From NCBI GenBank assembly GCA_030390025.1, contig CM059431.1:152770001-152834000 (forward strand): DNA of 64,000 nucleotides, read 5' to 3'. The stretch is from Squalus acanthias (taxonomy: Eukaryota). Under the pieces are notes generated by a model. That model searched no databases, was not told the DNA's origin, and worked only from the letters and a program-made list of their open reading frames with translations. The position numbers and the translations under genes were made by a program. Each line of letters starts with the position of its first letter. Position 1 is the first letter of the stretch. Below are positions 24,153 through 35,500 of this stretch, in pieces.

Positions 24153-24599
24153 TAGTTAAAAAGTCTCCTCTAACAAGAAAACATTCCTCTGATCTGTTAC
24201 AAATGTTCAGTGTAGATAGCAGAACGAAATTCGTTAAGCAAAGTGTCTCGTTCAATATCCTTTCTTGAGTTGAATATAGAACAATTAAATCTTGGTAACA
24301 CTGTATCACCCTCAGAATCAACAGCAGACAGCAGTGCGGATGGGATGGAGAATGACAAGGAGAGAAATACAGTTAAACATGATTTATAGAATTAATAGCG
24401 GGATACAGAGACTTACCAGGAACACGTACAGCGGCGAGGATGTGCCAGTCATTTTAAGCAACAACTCTTGCATTAACAAAGATGCAGCTACTTGGAACAC
24501 AGAATACAATTAATAACTGAGTATGCCACGGTAAATAGCAAGAATAATATTACAGTATAAAATGGTTTATTGAATTAATCACTGGATAGAGATACGTAC

Positions 24600-25487
24600 A
24601 AGGAACACTGACAGCAGAAAAAAGGGGATAGTAATTTTTTTGTATAACCTCCCTTCCCCTTTCAGCATTCCGAAGGAACCGCACCCTCCACAACACCCTG
24701 GTCCATTCCTCAATCACCCCCTACAGCCCCTCCCCTCCCCACGGCACCTTCCCATGCAAGTGCAGGAGATGCAACACCTGCGCTTTTACCTCCTCCCTTC
24801 CCACTCTCCAGAGCCCCAAACACTTCTTCCAGGTGAAACAGTGATTTACTTGTACTTCTAACAAGTTAGTATACTGTATTCGCTGCTCACGATGCGGTCT
24901 CCTCTGCATTGCGGAGAACAAACGCAGATTGGGTGATTACTTTGCGGAAAACTTATGTTCTGTCCGTAAGTGTGACCCCGAGCTTCCGGTCCCCGTGACT
25001 TTAATTCGCTGCTCCCCTCCAACTCTGACCTCTCTGTCCTCGGCTTCTTACAGTTTTAAATAGAATCTCAATTTAACCGCGAGGAACAGCACTTTATCTT
25101 TCTATTCGGCATTTTACAGCATTCTGGACTCAACATTGAGTTCCGCAATTTCGGACCATAACCTCCGCCCCTATTTTTTTCAGGCGTCAGCTGTTGATGT
25201 TTCTCCCATCCCCATTTGCAACATTTAAGCACTCCTGCATTCCAGCCTATCACAGACAATCCCTTTTGTTCTTTGCTCCACCCCTCCCCAATTTACCTGC
25301 CTCTGCACCTGCTTAATATCTGTTGCAGCTGTAAACTTTTTCAGTTCTGACGAAGGGTCACAGACCTGAAACGGTAACACTTGCTCTCTCCACAGATGCT
25401 GCCTGACCTGCTGAGTGTTTTCAACATTTTGCTCTTGTTATTCCAAAGTATTGTTGTTCACTGCCATTGTTCAAGAATACTTTCCAT
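24600..25487 (-). pseudogene. Disrupted proximal GPCR first exon
   Basis: Removing the Penelope insert gives MESILEQWQ*TTILWIQKNYYPLFSAVSVP followed by GTACGT. In-frame TGA at 25460-25458. Confidence 0.7.
24646..25442 (+). mobile_element. Penelope-like retroelement 3' fragment (GIY-YIG remnant and hammerhead-like motif)
   Basis: Translates PCKCRRCNTC...FTCTSNKLVYCIRCSRCGLLCIAENKRRLGDYFAE. CTGACGA-AGGGTC-ACA-GACCT-GAAAC at 25347-25372. Confidence 0.85.
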
Positions 25488-25552
25488 AGAGATCCTCGAA
25501 CACACGACATCCCTTCTGTGAGAGGCTGGTGGTCTTTGTGCTGATTGTGTGA

Positions 25553-25660
25553 GGTCACACAGTGAAGGGAGCTCCTTATTTAGAGCAGAGGGAAACCCCC
25601 GAGTGACATCATTAGGGCTCACTGTAACTGGCATTAATTACATTCATTGAACAAACAGAC
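25553..25660 (-). promoter_or_regulatory. Putative GPCR promoter (proximal copy)
   Basis: Collinear motif series shared with 59965-60070: GTTTGTTCA, AATTAAT, CCCTAAT, GGGTTTCC and TATA-like TAAATAAGG. Confidence 0.55.
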
Positions 25661-25769
25661 TCATTGATACATTTTCACCACTCAACTTCACTACAACACA
25701 ATCTAGCTCATATTATTGTACACAGCTTTAAATAAAACATGAGTGTATGCTCAATATTTCACTCTTCCT

Positions 25770-26860
25770 CAGTACAGGAATTTCATTCCCAGGGCCGCCT
25801 AGATTACACTTTCCTTAGTCCAGGAATTTAAATCGCAATGCCTCCTAGCTTACACTGCTCCCGCCTCAGTGCAGGAATGTAATTCGCAGGGCCGCAAAGA
25901 TTACACTGCTACCGCCTCAGTCCAATAATTTAATTCCTTGGGCCGCCAAGATTACAATGCTCCCGCCACAGTCCAAGAATTGAAATCCTTGGGCCGCCAA
26001 GATTACAATGCTCCCGCCACAGTCCAAGAATTGAAATCCTTGGGCCGCCTAGGTTAAACTGCTCCCACTTAAGTCCTGGAAATTAATTCCCTGCGTCTGT
26101 ATGTAAAACGAAAAGCTTTAAAAAAAATTTACTTTTTTACTGGGAAAATTTTTACTTTTTTACTGGGAATCACATCTGTGAACAAGCTAACGACGACTCG
26201 AGTCCGGATCACGTCATGTATCGTGACATAAACCCAAGATCTTGGGTTTATGTCACGATACATGACGTGATCCGGACTCGAGTCATCGTTAGCTTGTTCA
26301 CAGATGTGATTCCCAGTAAAAAAGTAAAAATTTTCCCAGTAAAAAAGTAAATTTTTTTTAAAGCTTTTCGTTTTACATACAGACGGCAGCTTTTGACACG
26401 TTAGAACCCCTGCGACTACACCTCATTGTCTCACTTGTATCTTGCTATGTCTTTGATGTGGTACCTTCCTGGCTGACTTAATTAACTTTATCACACCTCG
26501 GCAGATAGTCAGGATGATTTAATTTATTGGTCTGCAATTGTAAAGTACACATGCTTTGTTTTCTATCTATATATGCTCTGGCGATTCTGTATCCCGCTAA
26601 AATTACACAGTTCCCGCATTAAACCAGGAACGTAATTCCCATGTACGCCTAGATAATACTATTGTTCCCTCAGTGCAGGAACTTTATTCCCATGTTCGAC
26701 TTCATAACACTGCTTCCACCTCAGTGAAGGGATTAAATTCCCAGATCCGCCTCGATTAAACTGCTCCCGCCTCACTCCAGAATGTTGATTCCTAGGGCCA
26801 CCTAGATTGCACTGCTCCCGCCTCAGTCGTGGAATTTCATTCCCAGGCCTGCCATAGATT
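25770..26860 (+). repeat. 51-bp minisatellite (resumes at about 31405-31500 beyond the LINE)
   Basis: Unit GGGCCGCCAAGATTACAATGCTCCCGCCACAGTCCAAGAATTGAAATCCTT. Interrupted at about 26094-26590. Confidence 0.85.
26094..26385. repeat. 292-bp spacerless palindrome
   Basis: 146-bp arms centred on AGA|TCT (26239/26240). One mismatch seen. Confidence 0.95.
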
Positions 26861-29800
26861 CATAGAATCATCGAGTTATACAGCCCAGAAAGAGGCCCTT
26901 CGGCCCATCGTGTCCGCGTCATCCAACAGGCCCTGTCTTTTTTAATCCCATTTTCCAGCACTTGGTCCATAGCCTTGTATGCTATGGCGTTTCAAGTGCT
27001 CATCGAAATGCTTCTTGAATATTGTGAGGGTTCCTGCCTCTACCACGCTTTCAGGCAGTGAGTTCAAGATTCCAACCACCCTCTGGTGAAAACGTTTTTC
27101 CTTCAATCCCCCCTAAACCTCTTTCCCCTTACCTTGAAACTATGCCCCATGTTTATTCACCTTACTAATATGGGAAATGTTCCTTTCTATCTACCCTATC
27201 CAAGCACCTCATAATTTTGGACACCTGAAATCAGTTCCCCCCTGAGCCTTCCCTGCTCGATGGAAAACAACCCCAGCCTGCCCAGTCTTACTTCATAGCT
27301 GAAGTGCTCTAGCCCAGGTAACATTCTGGTGAATCTCCTCTGCACCCTCTCCAATGCAATCACATCCTTCCTATAGTGAGGCCGCTAGATCTGCACATAG
27401 TGTTCCAGCTGTGGCCTAACCAGCGTTGTGTACACCTCCATCATAAAATCCCTGCTCTTCTATTCTATGGCTCGGCTAATGAAGGCAAGTATCACATATG
27501 ACTTTTTAACCACCTTATCTAGATGTCTTGCTGCCTTCAGGGATTTATGTACATGCACACCAAGGTCCTGCGTTCCTCTGTCCTTCCTAGCGCCCTACAA
27601 TTCATTGTTTATTCCCTTGCCTTGTAACTCCTCCCGAAATGCATCACCTCACACTTTTCAGGGTTAAATTCCATTTGCCACTGTTCTGCCCATCTGACCA
27701 ACCCGTCTTATCGTCCTGTAGCCTGAGGCTTCCCTCCTCGATATTTAACACTCAACCAATTTTCTTGTCACCTTCGAACTTACTGATCATACCTCTTACA
27801 TTCATATCTAAATCATTAATGTACACTTCAAACAGAAAAGGACCCAGCACCGATCCCTGCGGTACACCACTGGACACAGGCCTCCAGTCACAAAAACAAC
27901 CTTCGAACATCACCCTCTGCCTCCTGCCACTAAGACAATTTTGAATCAAATGTGCCAAATTGCCCTGGATCCCATGGGCTCTTATCTTCTTGACCAGTCT
28001 CCCATGCGGGACTTTGTCAAAAGCCTTACTGAAGACAATGTAGACTTCATCAACTGCACTACCCTCATCTACACACCCAGTCAGCCCGTCGAAACATTCA
28101 ATCAAATTGGTTAGACATGATCTCCCCCTGACAAAGCCATGCTGACTAACTTGATTTATCGTTGCCTCTCCAAGTGGAGACTAATTCTGTCCCTCTGAAT
28201 TTTTTCCAATAATTTCTCTACCACTCATGTTAGGCTCACTGGCCTGTAATTCCCTGTTTTATCCCTCCTACCTTTCTTGAACAATGGTACGACGTTAGCT
28301 GTTCTCCAATCCTCTGGCACCTCCCCTGTGGCCAGAGAGGTTCTGAAAATTTGTGTCAGAGCCCCTGCAATCTCCTCCCTTGCCTTACACAGCAGCCTGG
28401 GATACATCTCGTCTGGGCCTGGGGATTTTTCCACTTTTAAACCCGCTAAAACCGCCAGTATTACCTCCCTCTCAATACAAATTTGTTCAAGTATATCACA
28501 GTTCCCCTGTCTGATTACTATGCCTGCATCTTCCTTCTCCATAGAGAACACAGATGCAACATATTCATTTAAAACCTCTACTACATCCTCCGGCTCTACA
28601 CACAAATTGCCACTTCGGTCCCGAACGGGCCCTTCTCTTTCCCTGGTTATCATCTTGCCCTTATTATACTTATAATGCACCTTGGGATTTTCCTTTATTT
28701 TGCTGGCCAGTGTTTTTTCATGCCCCCTCTTCGCTCTCCTAATTTCGTTTTTATGTACCCCCCTGCACTTTCTATAATCCTCTAGGGTTTACACTGTTTT
28801 TAGTCCTTTGCATCTGCCAAAAGACTCCCTTTTTTTCTTCATCCATTCTTGTATATTCCTTGACATCCAGGGTTCCCTGGGCTTGCTGGTCCCACCCTTG
28901 ACCTTTACGGGAAAATGTTGGCGTTGTACTCTCTCTATTTCCTTTCTGAAAGAGTCCCACTGCTCTGATGTGGATTTTCCTACAAGTAGCTGATCCCAGT
29001 CCACTTTGGGCAGATCCTGCCTTATCATATTAAAATCGGCCTTCCGCCAGTTTAGAACATTCATTTCCGTTCCATCTTTGTCCTTTTCCATGACTACCTG
29101 AAATCTCACCGAATTATGGTCGCTGTCACCATAATGCTCTCCTACTGACACTTCTACCACTGGCCTGGCTACATTCCCTAGAATTAGGTCCAGTTCCGCC
29201 CCCTCTCTTGTAGGACTTTCTAGATGCTGGCTCAAAATGCTCTCCTGGATGCACTTTAAGAATTCTGCACCCTCTAAGCTTTTCGCACTCTCACTGTCCC
29301 AGTTAATATTTGGGAAGTTGAAATTCCCTGCTATTATTATCCTATTATTTCTACAACACTCTGAGATTTGCCTACATCTCTGTTCCTCTATCTCCCCCTG
29401 ACATTTTGGGGGCCTATAGTACACTCCCAGCAAAGTGCTTGAAACTTTTTGTTTTTAAGTTCTACCCATAAGGCCTCATTAGAGGAACCTGCTAATATAT
29501 CATCCCTCCTTACAGCAGTAATTGACTCCTTGATTAATATTGCGACACCCCTCCTTTTGCACATCCCCCTCTGTCTCGCCTGAAGTTTCTATACCCCGGA
29601 ATATTGAGCTGCCACTCCTGCCCCATCGTCCATGTCTCTGTGATAGCAACAATATCATCCTCCCATGTGTTCGTCAACAACTTCAATTCATCTGCCTTAC
29701 ATGCAAAAGACCTTGCATTGAAATAAATGCCATTCCAGCTAGCCATAATTCCTTGTGCCGTTACATATTTGCTCTGCCTTCCAGGATGACTTGTTTTTTC

Positions 29801-31390
29801 CTCCATATTTAGCTGTGCATCACCCCCTACTATAGCTCCACTCCGTATCCCATCCCCCTCCCAAGTTAGTTTAAACCCCTCACAACAGTACTAGCAAAAT
29901 TCCCCGCAAGGATGTTGGTCCCGTTCCGGTTCAGGTGCAAGCCGTCCGACTTGTACAGGTTCCACCTTCCACAGAAGCAGACCCAGTGATCCAGGAAACT
30001 AAAGCCCCCCCTCCTGCGCCAACTCTTTACCCACGCATTCATCTGCTCTATCCTCCTATTCCAATATTCACTAGCACGTGGCACCGGGAGTAATCCAGGA
30101 ATTACAACCTTTGAGGTCCTGCTTTTTAATCTGCTACTTAGCTCCCAAAATTCATGTTGCAGAACCTCATCCCTCTTTCTACCCTTGTCGTAGGTATCAA
30201 TGTGAACCACGACATCTGACTGTTCGGCCACCCCTTTCACAATGCCCTGCAGCAGTTCAGTGGCATACTTGACCCTGTCACCAATGAGGCAACATACTAT
30301 CCTGGAGGCACGACTGCGGCCACAGAAACGTATATCTGTTCCCCTTACGATAGAATCCCCTATCACTATTGCTCTCCCACTCTTTTTCCTCCCCTCCTGT
30401 GCAGCTGAGCCACTCGTAGTGCCACAGACTTGGCTCATGCTGCATTCCCCTGAGAAACCATCTCCCCCAGCAGTATCCAAAACGGAAAATCTGTCGGAGA
30501 GGGAGATGACCAAGGGGACACCTGCATTACCTTTCTAGTTATTTTAAACTGTCTGGCGGTCACCCATTTCCTGTCTGCCGGTGCACTCTTTACCTGCGGT
30601 GTGACCACCCCGTTAAACGTGCTATGCACGAAGATCTCAGCTTCGCGGATGCTCCACAATGACTCCAGCTGCATCTCCAGCTCAGAAACGCGGATTTCGA
30701 GTAGCGGCAGCTGGAGACATTTCCTGCACATATGTTCCCCCTGGAACCGAAAGTGTCCCTGACTTCCCACATAGCACAGGATGAACACTCCACGCTGCCA
30801 AGCTGCCCTGCCATGTCCTACCCTTAATTTACTCCCAATACTTCATTTAAATTAATGAATATTAATTACACTAAGGACGTAACCTCCCTTTAAACACTAC
30901 TTACTCTAAACTAGAGATCTTACTTTGACATTAAGGACTGGACTGTAGAAATACTCACCAGGTCATACTTAACAATCAACTCATTCCCTGGTAGTGAACT
31001 CACGTTAGCGGTTTCGCAGTCGCTGTTGTTTGACTACTCCCGCTCGTGGACTCTTTCCTTGGTGTACAAAAATAACCAATTCCGACAGGGTGAAATGTTA
31101 GGAAAAACAAAGGCGACGCAAGGGAGGTTCTCCTTCCACTCCTCACGTAACTCCCTGACTCACCCAACTCTTAGCACTCTGTTCAAACCGCACTTAGTGC
31201 AAAATCGCACTTCAAAGCCTTTTTTGTAGGCACTGAAACAATGGAGACTTGCTGAGCCCAGCTACAAGAGAACCAGTTTAATCTAGTTTCCCTAATTATA
31301 TGCATTCAGCTGCTCTGAATTGGAGGACTTGTATATCCCTTTATAACCCCGCTTAAATCTGGGAAATTTAGATTTTAAGCAGTAAAAAGT
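26853..31390 (-). mobile_element. Near full-length decayed CR1 LINE
   Basis: ORF1 remnants at 30814-29866 (CSSC..CRKC, GDSIVRG, DGLH). ORF2 remnants (ITETW, YRPP, GNFN, SDHN, NYRPVSLT, PQGSVLGP). 3' tail at about 26853-26875. Confidence 0.93.
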
Positions 31391-31639
31391 AACAGTAAAT
31401 GCCTATAAAACACTGCTCCCGCCGCAGTACAGGAATTTCATTCCCAGAGAAGCCAATGTTACATGCTCCCGCCTTAGTCCACCAAATTGATTCTATTTGC
31501 CTGAATCTAGAATAAGAACAACAAGGTGTTTCTAATGATTGACCTGAAACAGCTAATTTGTAAAGGTGCTTTACAGAGGCGGCGAAAATAATAAAACGAG
31601 CAAAGGGTTGACACAAAGGAATCAAAGCAAAACGCTTAA

Positions 31640-31878
31640 AATATTAACCAATGAGATAACTATCCTGGAGCTGTCTCAATACTCCATGAAACTCTCTGGA
31701 AACATTGAATTCTCGCACAATCACAGTCACAGAACCAGACCTATAAGTCAACATTCCCGACTCCTCCGTCATCATCCCAGATTATATCCTATTCCACCGG
31801 CAAGACAGACTCACCAGAGGTGGGGGCACAGGAGTATACAGTCGGCTGTGAGGTTTCCTCGAGTCCTCAACATTGCCT
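31640..31878 (+). mobile_element. Family-B LINE endonuclease fragment (left part, continues at 40397-40870)
   Basis: HRQDRLTRGGGT-like sequence that joins across the RTE insertion. Confidence 0.7.
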
Positions 31879-34138
31879 CTTCTCTTCTTAGGCAGTCCCT
31901 CGGAACCGAGGATGACTTGATTCCACACTAAAAATGAGTTCTCAGGTGACGGATGAGTCCAATGCGGCACCTATTGTCTCTGTCAATGGTGGGCCAGACG
32001 GTGGTTGAAGAGGCGGGTGGGTGAGGTGCTTGGGTTGACGTGCACTCCTTCTGCTGTTTGTGCTTGGCTTCCACTGGCACCCGGCGAAGAGACGGATGTT
32101 GCACTTTTCCAAGGAGGCTTTGAGGTTGTCCATGAAGCGTTTCCTCTGCCCACTTGGGGATCTCCTGCCGTGTCGGAGCTCCGAGAAGAGCGCTTGTTGT
32201 GGGAGTCTCTTATCGGGCATGCGGACAATGTGACCCGTCCATCAGAGCTGATCGAGCGTATTCAAAGCTTCGATGCTGGGGGTGTTGGGCTGAGCGAGAT
32301 CACTGACTTTGGTGCACCTATCCTGCTAATGCATTTGCAGGATCTTGCGGAGGCAGCTTTGGTGGTACCTCTCCAATGCTTTGAGGTGCCTGCTGTACAT
32401 GGCCCATGTATCTGAAGCGTACAGTTGGCGGGAATTACTACTGCTATGTAGTCCATGAGCTTCATGCCGGGTTTGAGGTCCTGATCTTCAACCACTCTCA
32501 TCCTCAGGCGACCGAAGGCTGCACTGGCACACTGAAGGCTGTGTTGGACTTGGTCATCGAAGTCTGCCCTTGTTAACAGCATGCTCCCGAGGTATGCAAA
32601 GTGGTCCACGTTGTCCAAGGCATGGTCGTGCATTTTGATAAACGGGGGGAAGTACTGTGTGGCGGGGGCAGGTTGTTCGAGGACCTTTGTCTTACGGATG
32701 TTTAATGTACGACACATGCTCTTGTACGCTTCGGTGAAAGTGTTGACGATGGTTTGGAGTTCGGCCTCTGAATGTGCGCAGATCTCTGCATACTGTAATT
32801 CGATGCCAGAGGATGGGACGACCTTGGATCTGGAGTGGAGGCGACGGAGGTTGAAAAGTTTCCCGTTTTTTTCTGTAGATTAGCTCCACTCCAGCTGGGA
32901 GCTTACTGAGGGTGAGATAGAGCATTGCTGCCAGGAAGATCAAGAAGATCATTGGTGCAATGACACAGCCTTGCTTGACACAGGTCCGTACGTGAACTGG
33001 GTCTGTGGGGAGATCTGTTCTTCAACATCACAGCTTCCATGTCGTCATGAAGCAGGCAGAGGATGATGACAAACTTTTGAGTGCAGCCGAATTTGAGGAG
33101 GACATACCCTAATCCCTCACGGTTGACAGTGTCAAAGGGCTTTGTGAAGTCAAAGAAGGCCATGAACAGTGGTTGGTGCTGTTCCCTGCATTTATCTTGT
33201 ATTTGACGCGTGGTGAAGATCATGTCCATCATTCACCTTAGTGGGCGGCATCCGCATTGCGAATCAGGGAGGAGCTCTTCAATACTGAGAGAAGGCGATT
33301 GATAAGGCTTCTTGCAATGACTTTCCCTGTGGCAGACAGCAGGAACACTCCTCTGTAATTACCGTAATCAGATTTGTCACCTTTCCTGAACATGGTCACG
33401 ATTACGGCATCTCTGAAATCCGCTGGCATGCTCTCCTCCTTCCAGATAAGATAAACGAGTTCATGTATTCGCGCCAATAGTGCTTCTCCGCCATGCTTTA
33501 GCCCCGCGGCGGGGATTCCATCTGCTCCTGAGGCCTTGTTGTTCTTCAGTTGTCGGGTGGCCTTTTCAAACTCATGCCGGCCTGGGATTTTGCTGAGGTG
33601 GTGGCAGGTAGCATGCTCTGGGATGGAGTTGAGGGCAGTCGCATCGAAGACAATGCCTCGGTTAATAGACTTCGAACTGCTCCTTTCAGCGGGCACTTAC
33701 TCTCCTCTCTGTCCTTGATGATTACCTCTCCGTTCTTGGCCCGCAGTGGGGAAGGACCTTGGTTGCTTGAGCCGTAGGTGGCCTTGACAGCGCTAAATAA
33801 TCTACGCATGTCGTGGTTGTCGGCAACCTGCTGGATCTGCTGGGCTTTCTCCACCGACCATCTGTTCTTTAGATCGCAAGTTTTTTTATTGGACATCGGT
33901 CTTCAGGCGTTTGTAGAGCTGCTTTCTTGCTCTCGACGTGTGTTGCTGTTTCAAGATCAGGAATGCCTTGCACTTGGAACTGATTAGCTCCTGGTTCTCC
34001 TGGCCGTTTTCTTCGAACCAGTCTTGGTGTTTCCTGTTTGAGTGACCGAGCATCTCTTCACCGCTGCTGATTATGGAGGCCTTGAGTGCAGACAAGGCGC
34101 TGTGGACACTCTGTGTCTCTGAATCACTTGGAGTTATT

Positions 34139-34897
34139 GGGCCAGAAATTCGGTATTCTGTCTTCCTGCGGGTGCAAGCATCACGAACGTACTTACCTAC
34201 CACACCTGCCGTTGTGTTTTGGGCCCACGAGAACTTCGGGTCCTGGGTCTCCTCAAGCTGCCGGCGCGCCGTGCTTGCGTGTCCCAGGGGCGCAGTTAGT
34301 TCGAAGCGTCCCCTGGGATCACGTGGGTCATGGAGAGCCAATCCTAGCAGGGCATTTTCATTCTTAGATTTGACAGGAAGGCCTGTCAAATCTATGAATT
34401 GAAATCGGCCCCAAAACCACACTTAAACTTCCAATAAATTGAAAAAAAACAACACATTTTAAAAATAACTATAATTTAAATAAATTAACTACATTAAACA
34501 ATAATTTAACATTTTGAAAAATTTAATTATACATTTTAACGGTGCTAAAAATAAACTTAGCTTTCTTTAAAGTATTTAAAAAAGATAAACATGTTGAAAA
34601 TGTTTTTAAATTGTAATTAACTAACCACTTACCTTGTTAAAAACGGGTCTTGCGCCTCCTTTTTCAAAGCGCAGCTTCTTCCATACTTACCTTCCGGGAG
34701 ATACATGAAAAAAAAGAAAAATGCTGCGTGCGCGCAGCCTCTCCCACGCAGGCAGTTCACCGCTGAACCCCTCCCTTCACGAGACCGGAAGCTCCGGTTT
34801 CCCGCGCATGCGCTGGTCATGCAGGAAACCGGCACTTCAAGTGGCCTTACGGGTGAGTGCACAGCGCGTACTCACCGAAAGGCCGAATTTCTGGGCC
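34139..34897. mobile_element. Non-autonomous DNA transposon (MITE) with an AT-rich core
   Basis: Imperfect 15-bp TIRs GGGCCAGAAATTCGG / CCGAATTTCTGGGCC. RTE sequence resumes on both sides. Confidence 0.75.
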
Positions 34898-35500
34898 GAG
34901 GTTGGTTGTGAGGCCCAGGCTGCATTTGGCTTTCTTAGCAGGGGCTTTGAGTGCTCCAGCGTTGATTTTCCTGTGGCATTGTTTCTATTGCCGCCGCTGT
35001 TTTGAGGCTACATTGATGGAGAAGATGGAGCGAATTAGAAGGTGGTCTGTCTCGCAGTCTTCAGCTCCTGTCATGGCGCGAGTGAGGCTGATGTCGTTGC
35101 TGTCCCTCGCTCAGACGATGATGTAGTCCAGTAGGTGCCAGTGCTTAGAGCGAGTGTGTTGGCGTGACGCCTTGTAATGGTCTCTCTGACAGAACAAGAT
35201 GCTGGTTATGACAAGGGCAAGTTCTAAGCATTTCGTCAGGAGGAGGGTACTGTTGAATTTGGCTTCCTCTACCCCCTCTCTGCCGATCACACCTCCCCAG
35301 AGGTCTGTGTCTTTTCCAACTCTGGCCTTACAGTCGCCAAGGAGGATTAGCTTGTCTCCTGTTGTGACTCGGGACAGGGTTATTCGAGGCTGGAGCAGAA
35401 TTCCACTTTGGCATCGCCTGTGGTTTCCAGTGTTGGTGTGCACACAGTGATGACCGTAGCGGACTGGTTCTGGGCTAGCCTGAGTCGTAGAGTCATGAGG

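Noticed and set aside
34683..34708. Resemblance to the U1 snRNA 5' end (ATACTTACCT...GGGAGATAC.ATGA)
   Set aside because: The match is under 30 nt with gaps and has no downstream U1 sequence or Sm site. It lies in a MITE with several CTTACC motifs.
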